A program made the position numbers and the translations under genes. The notes under the pieces were generated by a model. The model made no database searches and was not told the DNA's origin. It worked only from the letters and a program-made list of their open reading frames with translations. A stretch of DNA of 55,810 nt from a virus, in IMG/VR virus record IMGVR_UViG_3300011008_000142, one strand, 5' to 3'. Below, in pieces: positions 7,632 through 16,360 of this stretch (positions within the stretch are counted from its first letter, which is position 1; every line of letters begins with the position of its first letter).

Positions 7632-7788
7632 CGTCGGTTTCCTCCTCAAACAGATCTTCGATGTCTACATCGTTCAGCACGCCGAGAAACTCGATCATTT
7701 CCATGGCCTTGTCCAGTGCGATCTTCAAACGTCTGTTCTTCCGGCGTTCTTCCTTCAACGCCTGCCTATCGTTCTTGATGATGTCCAT
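7618..7788 (-). CDS. Hypothetical small acidic protein (56 aa)
   Basis: ATG after GGAGGCATTTGT. Its stop overlaps the xkdX start (ATGACGAACAGTGA). Confidence 0.45.
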   Translation of the reverse strand: MDIIKNDRQALKEERRKNRRLKIALDKAMEMIEFLGVLNDVDIEDLFEEETDDDEQ

Positions 7789-8905
7789 ACAAATGCCTCC
7801 TTACTGGCTTGTACTGTGGTTTTTGTCGAAATGTGATTGTGTAAAACCGGTCCATATCCCGAATGAGCCCGCCGCCTGTCGCATATGACGCCTGGGATAT
7901 GAACGCCTGATAGTGATTATGCACCGCGTCCATGGTAATCTCGCCGCGATCCAGAGCGTCCTTCATCCCGGCGAGCGTCTGCCGCTCATAGCGAGGAACA
8001 CTGGGATGTAGTTTGATGATCACCTTTCCTGTGCCTGTCAGGACAAAACGTTTCCGTAGGAAGTAGAAGCCGTCTTTCAACCGGAAGATACCGGTCTTGT
8101 CTGTGCAAGTAAAGCCTCGTTCTTCCAGCATTGCCACTATGGTGTCCCGCGCCCGCTCGCACACAGACCGGTCTTTGTCCACGACCTGAAAATCATCCAT
8201 GTACCGCTGGGAATGATGGCAGAAGGTTTTCAACTCGTGGTCGATCCGGTTGAGAAGCGCCACCTGGTGAAGCTGGTTGATCTGGCTGCCGAGGCCTGTC
8301 CCCCGCGATCCGAATGGATCGGCGGCGATGACATCTTCCGGCCTCTGGTCTTTAGCGCTTACGGCGATCTCCCGCAGATATGGCAGGAATCGGTCATCCG
8401 TGATAATGGACTCATCCATCATCACGATCTCCCTGTGCGGCGTAGATGGGAAGTACTTCTTCACGTCCAGGTGGATGCCGTAACCCTCGTTCGTACCGTC
8501 CTCCATGTAAACGCTGTGCAGCATGGCGACGGTGCGGCGTATCGCCTGCTCGGTGCCCTTTCCCTTCTGGCAGGCGCTGTTGTCGTAAACGAGGCTCCTT
8601 GTCAGGTCGTCGTATACGCCGTTATTACACATAGCCCGCTGCCAAACGCGATCCTTGAACCACGGAGCTATGGCCTCGCGGCGCTTCGGGCGGTAAATCT
8701 GGACACGGTTTCCCGGACGCAGCCTGTACCGACCTTTGAGCAGGTCGGTTTTCAGCGTGTATGCTTTCATGAGGCTGTGCATATACCAGTCGGTCGGGCC
8801 GTCCTTATAGCTCACACCGCTCCGGCACTCCCGGATAGCGCGGACGAGTTCGTTCATGCTGATAGCATCGTCATACTGAGCCATGCGCTGATCATCGCCT
8901 CCCAT
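7766..8905 (-). CDS. DGR reverse transcriptase
   Basis: RT motifs including YMDD (QRYMDDFQVV) and the DGR-typical GLGSQINQL (xGxxxSQ) motif. Lies directly downstream of TR. Confidence 0.9.
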   Translation of the reverse strand: MGGDDQRMAQYDDAISMNELVRAIRECRSGVSYKDGPTDWYMHSLMKAYTLKTDLLKGRYRLRPGNRVQIYRPKRREAIAPWFKDRVWQRAMCNNGVYDDLTRSLVYDNSACQKGKGTEQAIRRTVAMLHSVYMEDGTNEGYGIHLDVKKYFPSTPHREIVMMDESIITDDRFLPYLREIAVSAKDQRPEDVIAADPFGSRGTGLGSQINQLHQVALLNRIDHELKTFCHHSQRYMDDFQVVDKDRSVCERARDTIVAMLEERGFTCTDKTGIFRLKDGFYFLRKRFVLTGTGKVIIKLHPSVPRYERQTLAGMKDALDRGEITMDAVHNHYQAFISQASYATGGGLIRDMDRFYTITFRQKPQYKPVRRHLYGHHQER

Positions 8906-9222
8906 AACAGAAAAGCGGCCTCCGAGCGTTCATCTGCTCAGAAGCCGGTTTCCCGGCGCCGCCGCTGATAGCAGCACACCCGAAGCGCCTGCGTCGTCAG
9001 AGCACGGTTTGCCATTCCGTGCGCGGCCTCTTTTTGCCCTTACGGGACAGGAAAACGGCTCCCTGCGCGAGTGCTTTGCTTTCGGCAGATTGCTTACTTG
9101 TCTCTCGCGTATCTCGCAGTCTGGGCACGACCCCGTTCGCGTTGTTCGCGTTGTTGTTGTTGAGAGCGCCGGACGGGAGCACGTTCCGGACGTTGTTGCC
9201 GTTGGACGGGTTCACGGAGCCT
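8906..9222 (-). ncRNA. DGR template RNA region (TR plus about 210-nt spacer preceding RT)
   Basis: Non-coding stretch between avd and RT that contains TR. The ORF 8997..9482 across it is Asn-codon rich only within TR. Confidence 0.5.
9116..9222 (-). repeat. DGR template repeat (TR), 107 bp
   Basis: Aligns base-for-base with 10006..10112. All 17 differences lie at T on the plus strand, which is A in the sense strand. TR carries 12 AAC codons. Confidence 0.93.
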
Positions 9223-9234
9223 CTAAATCCTACA

Positions 9235-9783
9235 TCAGCCGTCTCCCCCGATATGGTCACTGTCATAGACAGGCACATCGCATTCTTTCGGGCGAATCCA
9301 TGCGCGGAGCATCTGCCGCATATCGACAAGAATCGCGATAACGCTCTCGCTGATGGAGCCGTCAAAGGTCGGGGTACCGTATCTCTTCTCGTCGCTGGTT
9401 TTCCATGCAAGTAGCTTGCTCCGACAGTCATTGGCGAGTTTGGCGTAATGCTCAAGCTTATTCGGCTCGATATCCAGCACACGCATGGCTAGGTTCATCT
9501 TGGCGTCAATGGCCATCAAATGCGCCAGCGCCATGTTCAGCTGGTGGTGTCGCTCGTCCCGATCTCTTGCCGTCTCCACATGGATTTCGTTGGCGAGGAA
9601 TATACAGGTATGAAAGTCGTTCACCAAGTCGGCGATCTTTCCGCCGAACAGCCATCGGCTGCGCTTCGGGAACTTATCCTCCGCACACAGCATCCTGAGC
9701 ACATACTGGCAGAATGTGTCCGAGGCGTTCAGCGCCGGGGTCTTCGCGGATATATTGCGGATTTTTGTTCCTCTCGCCGGCAT
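9235..9783 (-). CDS. avd: Avd-like accessory variability determinant (four-helix-bundle family), unusually long (182 aa)
   Basis: Start at MPARG after AAGGCGGTGAAGCT. KFPKRSRWLFGGKIADL...FLANEIH pattern of Avd / 23S-IVS four-helix-bundle proteins. Sits between VR and TR. Confidence 0.7.
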   Translation of the reverse strand: MPARGTKIRNISAKTPALNASDTFCQYVLRMLCAEDKFPKRSRWLFGGKIADLVNDFHTCIFLANEIHVETARDRDERHHQLNMALAHLMAIDAKMNLAMRVLDIEPNKLEHYAKLANDCRSKLLAWKTSDEKRYGTPTFDGSISESVIAILVDMRQMLRAWIRPKECDVPVYDSDHIGGDG

Positions 9784-9916
9784 AGCTTCACCGCCTTTTC
9801 CTGCGACGAAACAATACCGCACCCGGGCGCCGCTTGTCCAGCTTTTCTAATTTTCTTCGGCCAATGATGAATAATCTTCGGTTTATCGGGAAATCCGATT
9901 TTTCCAGAAAAATTTT

Positions 9917-9931
9917 CCGCGCTTCGCGCGG
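9917..9931. terminator. Short GC hairpin with flanking A/T runs
   Basis: CCGCGC-ttc-GCGCGG flanked by AAAATTTT and AAAG. Lies between the target gene and avd. Confidence 0.35.
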
Positions 9932-9942
9932 AAAGAACGCGA

Positions 9943-9981
9943 TTGCGGCATGACGCCGCTGGCGCAGCGCCCATGCCGCAA
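9943..9981 (-). other. Perfect 10-bp-stem hairpin/cruciform just downstream of VR
   Basis: TTGCGGCATG ... CATGCCGCAA with an inner CGCTG-gcg-CAGCG stem. Begins 25 nt beyond the VR 3' end. Confidence 0.6.
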
Positions 9982-9994
9982 GACGACGGATGGC

Positions 9995-11443
9995 TTACGC
10001 GATATGCAGGCTGGGCACGACCCCGTACGCGCTGCTCGCGTAGCCGCTGCTGAGAGCGCCGGACGGGAGCACGAGCCGGACGTGGTGGCCGACGGACGGG
10101 CCCACGGAGCCTAGCCACCAGTAATACGCAGCCGAATCTTCTTTGATCCTGTCCGCCTGTTCGTTGTTCTCCTGCCAATAGCTGTATGCTGTGGTTCTCG
10201 TGAGGTTCCCGCTGGCATCCACGGGACCTTCGGAGATGTTGTTGTTCTTGCTTCCGAACACGTCCAGCATCGTGGCCAGGGTGACGTAGTCCTCCACATC
10301 CTCGTAGCCGTAACCGTCCGAAATAGACAGGGCATAGCGCTTCCGCACTTTGCACAGCACCGCACGCAGCTCCGAATCCAGCGTATGCAGGAATCCCTCC
10401 GGGGTGGCGCTGGTGTTGCGGCTCCAGATGGTGCCGGGCTTCCAGGCCAGAGCTGCATCGTCACTGTTGAGCAGCTGACGGAGATACGACGTGCTCCAGC
10501 GGTTCGAGCCGTAGATCTGGCGGTCTGTGAAATTGATGTAGTCCCCGGACTTATACTGCGGATCGCGCGCTGTTGCGGTGCCGAGGTTTATGCCATCAGA
10601 TCCTTCGGTTGTGGTCAAACCCGTTTCCAGCGTGGTAATGGTGTCCGCACCGTATGTGATAAAGGTGCCGCCGGTTACATGGCTCTTTACATAGCCAGAC
10701 GAATCAGAAAGCCATCCACCTATCGTGGTATGCCGGATGCCACCGCCGATAGGGATATCCACGGTGGTCGTGAACTGATACGTCCCATCCTCACCTGTAC
10801 CGTTGCTGTACGATCCGTGGTTGAGAGTGACATTGTATGTACCAGCGGGGAGCACCGAGCCCGTAATGCCGAGAGCCGCCAGAGATTCAGCCGTCACCGG
10901 GAACAGATACTGCGGAGGATCGAAGTTAATCCTTCCCATGATCTTATCCCGCTGGATCGTCAGCACATGCTCCAGCTCGCTGTTGACGGGCGTCTCCTCG
11001 TCGATGCCCATCGCGTTGTAGTCCGCCGCGCCTGCCGCAACGACCACGGTGATCGTATCGTCTGCCGCTGGGGTGCCGGTGATCGAAACACCGTAGCTCG
11101 CGAGGGTCACTGCGTGACCGCCGTGATACCATGCCGCACCGTCGTAGGTGAACACATACGTTCCCGTGGCGGATTCCACCGCCGCCAGGAACGTGTCTTT
11201 CACCACCGTCGGCGTGCCGCTCAGCGAGCCGCCGACCGAGGCCGTGATGGTGTAGCCGCTGTTGACGGAGAGCTGATCCCCGGCGCTCAGATACCGCCTG
11301 ATACGGTTGTGCCGGACGGCGCCCTGGAACTGCGCCCATGTTTCCAGTTTACCGGGCGCGAGTTCGCCGATAGAGTCGGCCACGGATTCCAACGCAGCCG
11401 CCACTCGTTCGGCTTTGGTTCCTTCCCAAATGCTTACGCTCAT
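9995..11443 (-). CDS. DGR target: tail-fibre / receptor-binding protein with C-terminal variable (C-type-lectin-fold-like) region
   Basis: Position in the fibre cluster. C-terminal ...YYWWLGSVGPSVGHHVRLVLPSGALSSGYASSAYGVVPSLHIA is encoded by VR. Confidence 0.85.
   Translation of the reverse strand: MSVSIWEGTKAERVAAALESVADSIGELAPGKLETWAQFQGAVRHNRIRRYLSAGDQLSVNSGYTITASVGGSLSGTPTVVKDTFLAAVESATGTYVFTYDGAAWYHGGHAVTLASYGVSITGTPAADDTITVVVAAGAADYNAMGIDEETPVNSELEHVLTIQRDKIMGRINFDPPQYLFPVTAESLAALGITGSVLPAGTYNVTLNHGSYSNGTGEDGTYQFTTTVDIPIGGGIRHTTIGGWLSDSSGYVKSHVTGGTFITYGADTITTLETGLTTTEGSDGINLGTATARDPQYKSGDYINFTDRQIYGSNRWSTSYLRQLLNSDDAALAWKPGTIWSRNTSATPEGFLHTLDSELRAVLCKVRKRYALSISDGYGYEDVEDYVTLATMLDVFGSKNNNISEGPVDASGNLTRTTAYSYWQENNEQADRIKEDSAAYYWWLGSVGPSVGHHVRLVLPSGALSSGYASSAYGVVPSLHIA
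10006..10112 (-). repeat. DGR variable repeat (VR), 107 bp
   Basis: See TR. VR codons GVHHL...SSGY.SS.Y replace the 12 TR Asn codons. The invariant GC-rich 3' segment CGGGGTCGTGCCCAG lies at 10011..10025. Confidence 0.93.
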
Positions 11444-11461
11444 GTCAGATATTCCTCCTAT

Positions 11462-11959
11462 TTAAGATCCTGCATAGGTTACTGTGGTTTTCAGCGTGCT
11501 CAGATCCGTCACAAAGGTGATCGTCTCGCCTGTGCTCAGAGTCCTCACCTCAGTGACAGCCGCGTCGGTGTAGGTGAAGGCGTCCGTCCTGACGGTCTGC
11601 CCGCCCGCTGCGTGCGTGATCTGCGACACGGCCCCATTGGTATAGTCATACGTCTGTACCGTGCCGGGGATGGCATCGTGCAGCAGCTTCTCGTTGATCT
11701 TCAGCTGATCCAGATCTTCCGCGCCGACGATCCCGCACTCCTGCCAGATGGCCCCGGTGTACGCAAACTTTTTCTCGCCGTACACAGCCACGTTCCCGGC
11801 GACCGCCGTTACCGCCGTGCCGCCGATGATTATTGGGTTCGTGGTGCAGCCCTCGGTCAGCTCCGTCACAGTCACGCCGATGTACGTCGTGGCGTTCGAC
11901 AGAAGCTCAAACTTCCCCTGGGTGAACTGCCGTGCCAGCAGATATGCCGTGATGTCCAT
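11462..11959 (-). CDS. Tail-fibre-associated protein (165 aa), shares a C-terminal module with 12224..12592
   Basis: C-terminus IPGTVQTYDYTNGAVSQITH..VRTDAFTY...VTEVRTLSTGETITFVTDLSTLKTTVTY aligns with the 122-aa neighbour. Confidence 0.6.
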   Translation of the reverse strand: MDITAYLLARQFTQGKFELLSNATTYIGVTVTELTEGCTTNPIIIGGTAVTAVAGNVAVYGEKKFAYTGAIWQECGIVGAEDLDQLKINEKLLHDAIPGTVQTYDYTNGAVSQITHAAGGQTVRTDAFTYTDAAVTEVRTLSTGETITFVTDLSTLKTTVTYAGS

Positions 11960-11960
11960 G

Positions 11961-12194
11961 TCACTTCACCTCCGTCCATGTGTCCGACGGCGACAGAATC
12001 CACGCGGCCGAGCCGTCCGCCGTGTAAGCCACGCTGCCCACAGCCGCCACCGCGCCGTCCACTGCCGACGTGGATGTTGGCAGCTGACTCACGTCCGCAG
12101 CGCTGTCCAGCACGAACTCACGGTAATTCACGCTTTTGCCCAGGGTGTTGATATCCCGCCCGCTGCCGCCGGTCGTCACGATTGAAAATGCCAT
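11961..12194 (-). CDS. Hypothetical structural protein (77 aa)
   Basis: Tightly packed ORF in the fibre cluster; start 2 nt after the upstream stop. Confidence 0.5.
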   Translation of the reverse strand: MAFSIVTTGGSGRDINTLGKSVNYREFVLDSAADVSQLPTSTSAVDGAVAAVGSVAYTADGSAAWILSPSDTWTEVK

Positions 12195-12223
12195 ATTATC
12201 ACGTCCCTCCTTTTAAATTTCAT

Positions 12224-12592
12224 TCAACTCGAATACGTTGACGTGGTTGAGAGTGTAGTCAGGTTCGTCACGATCGTGAGTGTCTGCCCGGTTGCGAGCG
12301 TCCGAACCTCCGTGATCGTGTCCTCCCCGAATGTGAAAGCGTCTGTGCGGATCACCGTGCCGTTGAGCGTGTGCGTCACCGTCGAAACATTACCGGAGCC
12401 GTCGAAGGTGATCGCCTGGGTCGTGCCGGGGATGGGATCGGCGCCGAGCTCCGCGCCGAAGTATGCCGCAAATTTCTCGTGCGGTACCCGGAGGAGCGAA
12501 GGGGTGCCGCCCTCCGTCTGAGAGACATATACGTTCGTGTCCTGCCTCAGCTCGGTGGCCTGCGTCTGCACTGTTATCAGTTTTGTTGCCAT
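12224..12592 (-). CDS. Tail-fibre-associated protein (122 aa), paralogous C-terminal module
   Basis: IPGTTQAITFDGSGNVSTVTH..IRTDAFTF...ITEVRTLATGQTLTIVTNLTTLSTTSTY. Confidence 0.6.
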   Translation of the reverse strand: MATKLITVQTQATELRQDTNVYVSQTEGGTPSLLRVPHEKFAAYFGAELGADPIPGTTQAITFDGSGNVSTVTHTLNGTVIRTDAFTFGEDTITEVRTLATGQTLTIVTNLTTLSTTSTYSS

Positions 12593-12607
12593 ACCATCTC
12601 ACCTCTC

Positions 12608-14020
12608 TTATTTCCACGCCAGATAGAGATATTTCCGTCCATTGGCATCTACATCCGCAGTGCCAGAATAGTACGCAACTCCAAAACCATTCGTCATAAC
12701 TGCCGCGCCGCCATGGCCTCTAGCAAACAATGCTTCAGGTGTAGCAGTGCTCATATCTCCGCAGCCAGAATGATAAATGTTGTTGTTCGTGCCAAAGCAA
12801 TAATAATAAGAGCCGAGAGGGAAATAATTATAATAGCTTTGATTCGACTGGTAGCTGCTGCGCGTGAAGGTGTTATATTCCGGGATTACAAAGATCACGA
12901 CCTTTGATGGCTTAAAGCCAACCTCAATGAAGTGATAATTGTTCACGCCCGACGTTCCCTGGCCGGTATACGTTCCAAAAGCATCCGGGTTGCCAAAGAG
13001 AAGAGACAACAACGGGATGTCTGTAATATCGTGCTCATGTTGTTTTGCCGCCAAGTAAGTCAGCAGATTCGTATAAATATTGGCTGCAAAATCAGAGAGG
13101 CTGCCGACACCTGTACCGCCCTGTTCGACCGGCATAATACCACTGGTGATTTCGGCGGCACTGTGGGTATGGGACAGGCTGGCAAGATGCGATTTAAGCG
13201 AATTGGCGAGCGCAGCGATAGATGACACGCCGGTACCCCCATTCGCAACGCTCATAATTCCACTGTTGATATCCGCGGCATTGTGGTAATGATATTGAGC
13301 GGCCGCCCCCGTCTGCAGGTAAGTAACGGCATGCGGGTTTGCGCGGTCCGCAATATGGGATATCAGGTTGGATATGGCTCTCGCGATTTTGCCGAACGCG
13401 GTGCTCAGCGTTTCACCGCTGGAGAGATTCGACGCAGAACCGGGGACGGTATAAGTAGGTGTCTGATTGTTCGTAGATACGTTCGGAACGTTGGCGAGAC
13501 CGACCTGAGTCTTCGTGACCATATGCGGGTTGTCGTAATCGTAGATATGGCCTTCAAACTCGGATTTGGTCGCATACACCAGGGACTCACTGATCACAGC
13601 GCTTACGTCTTCAACGTCGCCGATATACACCTTCATAATAAGCGTCGTTTCCAGCGTGTAGTCTCCAGCAGAGGGGATGTACATTGCGTTCGACGACTCA
13701 ATGTATCCATACGCAAAAAGAATCTTCTGGCTCGGGTTGTCAGGGTTTTCGACCCATACACCCATCTCGGTAGCTCGGTACGATGCCGAAACGCTGGCGT
13801 TGTTCAGATATGCCGCGATGTTCACGAAGGTATCATCGAAGGTCATGCCGGTGATCGACATTGTGTTGAGCTCATTTGCAAGCGCTGTTACTTGATCGTC
13901 AAGGCCGCTGTTGTTACCATTTCCTATGGAAACGCCGTTGAATTTTATGTACGCATCCTCCGGTGATACAAGGCACTGCTGAATCAAGCCTTTGCCGATC
14001 GCGGTCAAATAAAGTACCAT
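12608..14020 (-). CDS. Tail fibre protein
   Basis: N-terminus MVLYLTAIGKGLI..ikfngvsiGNGN resembles tail-collar fibre N-domains. Internal H.H.AA(D/E)I.SGIM.V..GGTGV repeats. Confidence 0.75.
   Translation of the reverse strand: MVLYLTAIGKGLIQQCLVSPEDAYIKFNGVSIGNGNNSGLDDQVTALANELNTMSITGMTFDDTFVNIAAYLNNASVSASYRATEMGVWVENPDNPSQKILFAYGYIESSNAMYIPSAGDYTLETTLIMKVYIGDVEDVSAVISESLVYATKSEFEGHIYDYDNPHMVTKTQVGLANVPNVSTNNQTPTYTVPGSASNLSSGETLSTAFGKIARAISNLISHIADRANPHAVTYLQTGAAAQYHYHNAADINSGIMSVANGGTGVSSIAALANSLKSHLASLSHTHSAAEITSGIMPVEQGGTGVGSLSDFAANIYTNLLTYLAAKQHEHDITDIPLLSLLFGNPDAFGTYTGQGTSGVNNYHFIEVGFKPSKVVIFVIPEYNTFTRSSYQSNQSYYNYFPLGSYYYCFGTNNNIYHSGCGDMSTATPEALFARGHGGAAVMTNGFGVAYYSGTADVDANGRKYLYLAWK
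13100..13292 (-). repeat. Two imperfect ~75-bp direct repeats, 120 bp apart, inside the tail fibre gene
   Basis: ...taccactggtgatttcggcggcactgtgggtatg vs ...ttccactgttgatatccgcggcattgtggtaatg. They encode the repeated GGTG fibre motif. Confidence 0.7.
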
Positions 14021-14035
14021 TTTCCGTTTTCCTCC

Positions 14036-14713
14036 TTATGCCAATTCGCAGAGCCACGCGAGATCCTCGTTCGTTAGGATCACACCGTCAGTGTCAATGA
14101 AGAAATCCACATCGGCCATCGCGGGCGTGTCGCAGTCAACCTCCGAGGATATCCGCGCCTGCATTCCGATACCTGCGTACAGGTTGAGCTCTGCGCGGTC
14201 TTCGAACAGGATGAAGTATTCCACGGCCTCCAGCACAGACCGCGCAGATTTGTAAAAGTTCACGTTATCCAACAGCGCATTGTGCAGCGCAGCCGTTGGC
14301 TGTCCGTCTGTGATGTTAACTCGCAGCTTGAAGAAATAAGGATCACCGTTGTAATCCATCCATTCCAGCACTTCCGAATCCGGGTGAACAGCAGACACGG
14401 CGGTCTTGACCGACTGGACCGTTCCAAGGTGCTTGTGGACGTAGAAACTCTTTTTGAAGACGCGGCGCTTCTGTTCCAGGCTCAGCGTTTCATCCCACCA
14501 GTCGATCTTGAAATCATACGCCAGGATATCCAGAGCCTTCTCTTCCAGTGTATCGATGTTCGGGTAGATCGCACACAGTTTCGCCTCCGCGACGGCTCCC
14601 GACAGGTAATCCGCGAAGACATCCCCCAGCGTGGAGATCGCCTCGCTGCGCTGCAGGACCTCCGGGAATACGCGGAGAACCGCTTCCTTCGTGATCCCGT
14701 TACTCATACTCAA
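14036..14713 (-). CDS. Baseplate/tail protein, P2 gpI-like (XkdU-position)
   Basis: LDILAYDFKIDWWDETLSLEQKRRVFKKSFYVHKHLGT matches the gpI pattern (LA....vD.W......KR..i.....h..KGT). Confidence 0.65.
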   Translation of the reverse strand: MSMSNGITKEAVLRVFPEVLQRSEAISTLGDVFADYLSGAVAEAKLCAIYPNIDTLEEKALDILAYDFKIDWWDETLSLEQKRRVFKKSFYVHKHLGTVQSVKTAVSAVHPDSEVLEWMDYNGDPYFFKLRVNITDGQPTAALHNALLDNVNFYKSARSVLEAVEYFILFEDRAELNLYAGIGMQARISSEVDCDTPAMADVDFFIDTDGVILTNEDLAWLCELA

Positions 14714-16052
14714 AGCCTCCGTTCGTAATCGTCACGGCGCCAACGGAGGCGAGCTCGGGCGGCTTGTTGTTCAAGCCATCGTTGAGGGCGCGATAGGCGG
14801 GGCTTGTGACGGCCACGCGCTTGATGCCGGTCTCCATGAGCAGAGATATGAGCTTGGAGGGGTTGATGTCCCGTCCGAGTTTCCCAGCCTGCCAGCTCTT
14901 GTATTCCTCCACAGCCGCCGTGACAGCGTTCGCGATCTCGGTTGCCGACGAGCTGGCGTCGCGCGGGATGTAGTATGTCAGATTGATGTTGTACGACACT
15001 GTAGTGGGATCTTTGACGGAGACCTTGTCCGTCAGCGGCCTCACTTCCTCCGAATTGCAGATATCGAGGATCCTGCCTTTCAGCGTTGCCGACGGGATAG
15101 ACCCATCATTCATCAAGCCATAGATCCACACCTCACCGGCGAGGATGCTGTCTATCGTCACCGTCAGAGAGGCCGCGCTGTAATACGAGCTGCCGGAAAG
15201 CAGCGTAATCGTCAGAAGCCCGTCGGCATAGGCAACGGAGTAATCCGTGTCCTTGACAAGAGCCGTACTCCCCGACTTGATCACCAGCGTGTCGGTTTTC
15301 AGGTTGGCGCCACCGACGAACAGACAGTGATCGTGAACCGCGACCGTATCGGACAGCGTTTCCACAGGCTGAATGACCACCACATCCGCGATCTCCGTGC
15401 TGGCGGTTTTCGCCCAGTAGATATAGCTGCCAGACGCGCCCGCCGAGGAATACCCATCCTCGGATGCTCTCATGAGTTTATAAAACTCCTCGTCCGTCGC
15501 CTCGTCATACCCGCCGTCGGATGTCGTGACATTCGCGCAGCTCTCATAAAACGGGTAGATATCCACCAGTTCCGTGATCTGTCCGGCTACCCAGCCGTTA
15601 CCTTCTTCGCCGGCGGTCTGGCACACAGCCGTCACCGTCACAGATGTGTTTCCCGCTGTGATCGCCGCGTCTTCGGTCGTCGCCCAGACAAGCGTATTGT
15701 TGGCGTCCGTGATGCGCGTACCAGCAGGAACGATGACCGTCGAGCTCTGCGCTGCAGAAATATTGAACTGCATCGTGCACTGTGCAGCCGCGGCCGCCGG
15801 GCGCGTCTTGTCATAGAACAGCTCTGCTATGGCATCCAGATTGTCCCCCTCCGCGCGGCTGGGGATATTCTGGTTCGCCGCGTAGTTGATAAGAGAACGC
15901 AGCTGCACGATGATGTCAGCCGCCCAGGTGATAAAAAGACGCTCCGGGCTGGCCGGAGCGAGGGATTTCTTTGTCAGAGCTTCATACGCCCTTACCATGG
16001 CAGACACGATCTCGGCCGCGTTCGTTGATACGAATTTGTATTCACTCGCCAC
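14700..16052 (-). CDS. Baseplate J-like protein
   Basis: Size, position and N-terminal pattern of gpJ/XkdT baseplate wedge proteins. Confidence 0.75.
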   Translation of the reverse strand: MASEYKFVSTNAAEIVSAMVRAYEALTKKSLAPASPERLFITWAADIIVQLRSLINYAANQNIPSRAEGDNLDAIAELFYDKTRPAAAAAQCTMQFNISAAQSSTVIVPAGTRITDANNTLVWATTEDAAITAGNTSVTVTAVCQTAGEEGNGWVAGQITELVDIYPFYESCANVTTSDGGYDEATDEEFYKLMRASEDGYSSAGASGSYIYWAKTASTEIADVVVIQPVETLSDTVAVHDHCLFVGGANLKTDTLVIKSGSTALVKDTDYSVAYADGLLTITLLSGSSYYSAASLTVTIDSILAGEVWIYGLMNDGSIPSATLKGRILDICNSEEVRPLTDKVSVKDPTTVSYNINLTYYIPRDASSSATEIANAVTAAVEEYKSWQAGKLGRDINPSKLISLLMETGIKRVAVTSPAYRALNDGLNNKPPELASVGAVTITNGGFEYE

Positions 16053-16356
16053 CGATTTCCACCTCCGCTTCTATTGTGATGACGTCGCTGCCTTCCTCCG
16101 CCAGAACGATACCGATCAGGGTCGCCCTGGGCTCCTGCTCCTCGAGAGCTTCTTTCACTTCCGCGGCGACAAGGGCGTGGGCGACGTAGATCGAGCGCCC
16201 GATCCAGCTGTAGCTCAGTCCGATATTCCGGCTCATGGGACAGGTGCCTTTCCGGGTCGCAAGGATATTGGCGACGTTCTGAGCAACCTCCTCGACGGTA
16301 CCGTCCACCGTGCCGAGCTTCGGGACATACCCTTTGTTCGTAACAACTACTCTCAT
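16042..16356 (-). CDS. Baseplate wedge protein, gpW/gp25-like
   Basis: 104 aa. ILATRKGTCPMSRNIGL resembles the gp25/GPW core (..rkGe.p..p.fG). Confidence 0.65.
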   Translation of the reverse strand: MRVVVTNKGYVPKLGTVDGTVEEVAQNVANILATRKGTCPMSRNIGLSYSWIGRSIYVAHALVAAEVKEALEEQEPRATLIGIVLAEEGSDVITIEAEVEIGGE

Positions 16357-16360
16357 GGGA

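Noticed and set aside
8997-9482. 161-aa minus-strand ORF covering the TR region (contains NNNNANNAN)
   Set aside because: Its only protein-like stretch is the TR copy of the VR-encoded peptide. The rest is Arg/Ser-rich and has no RBS. It is interpreted as the non-coding DGR template RNA.
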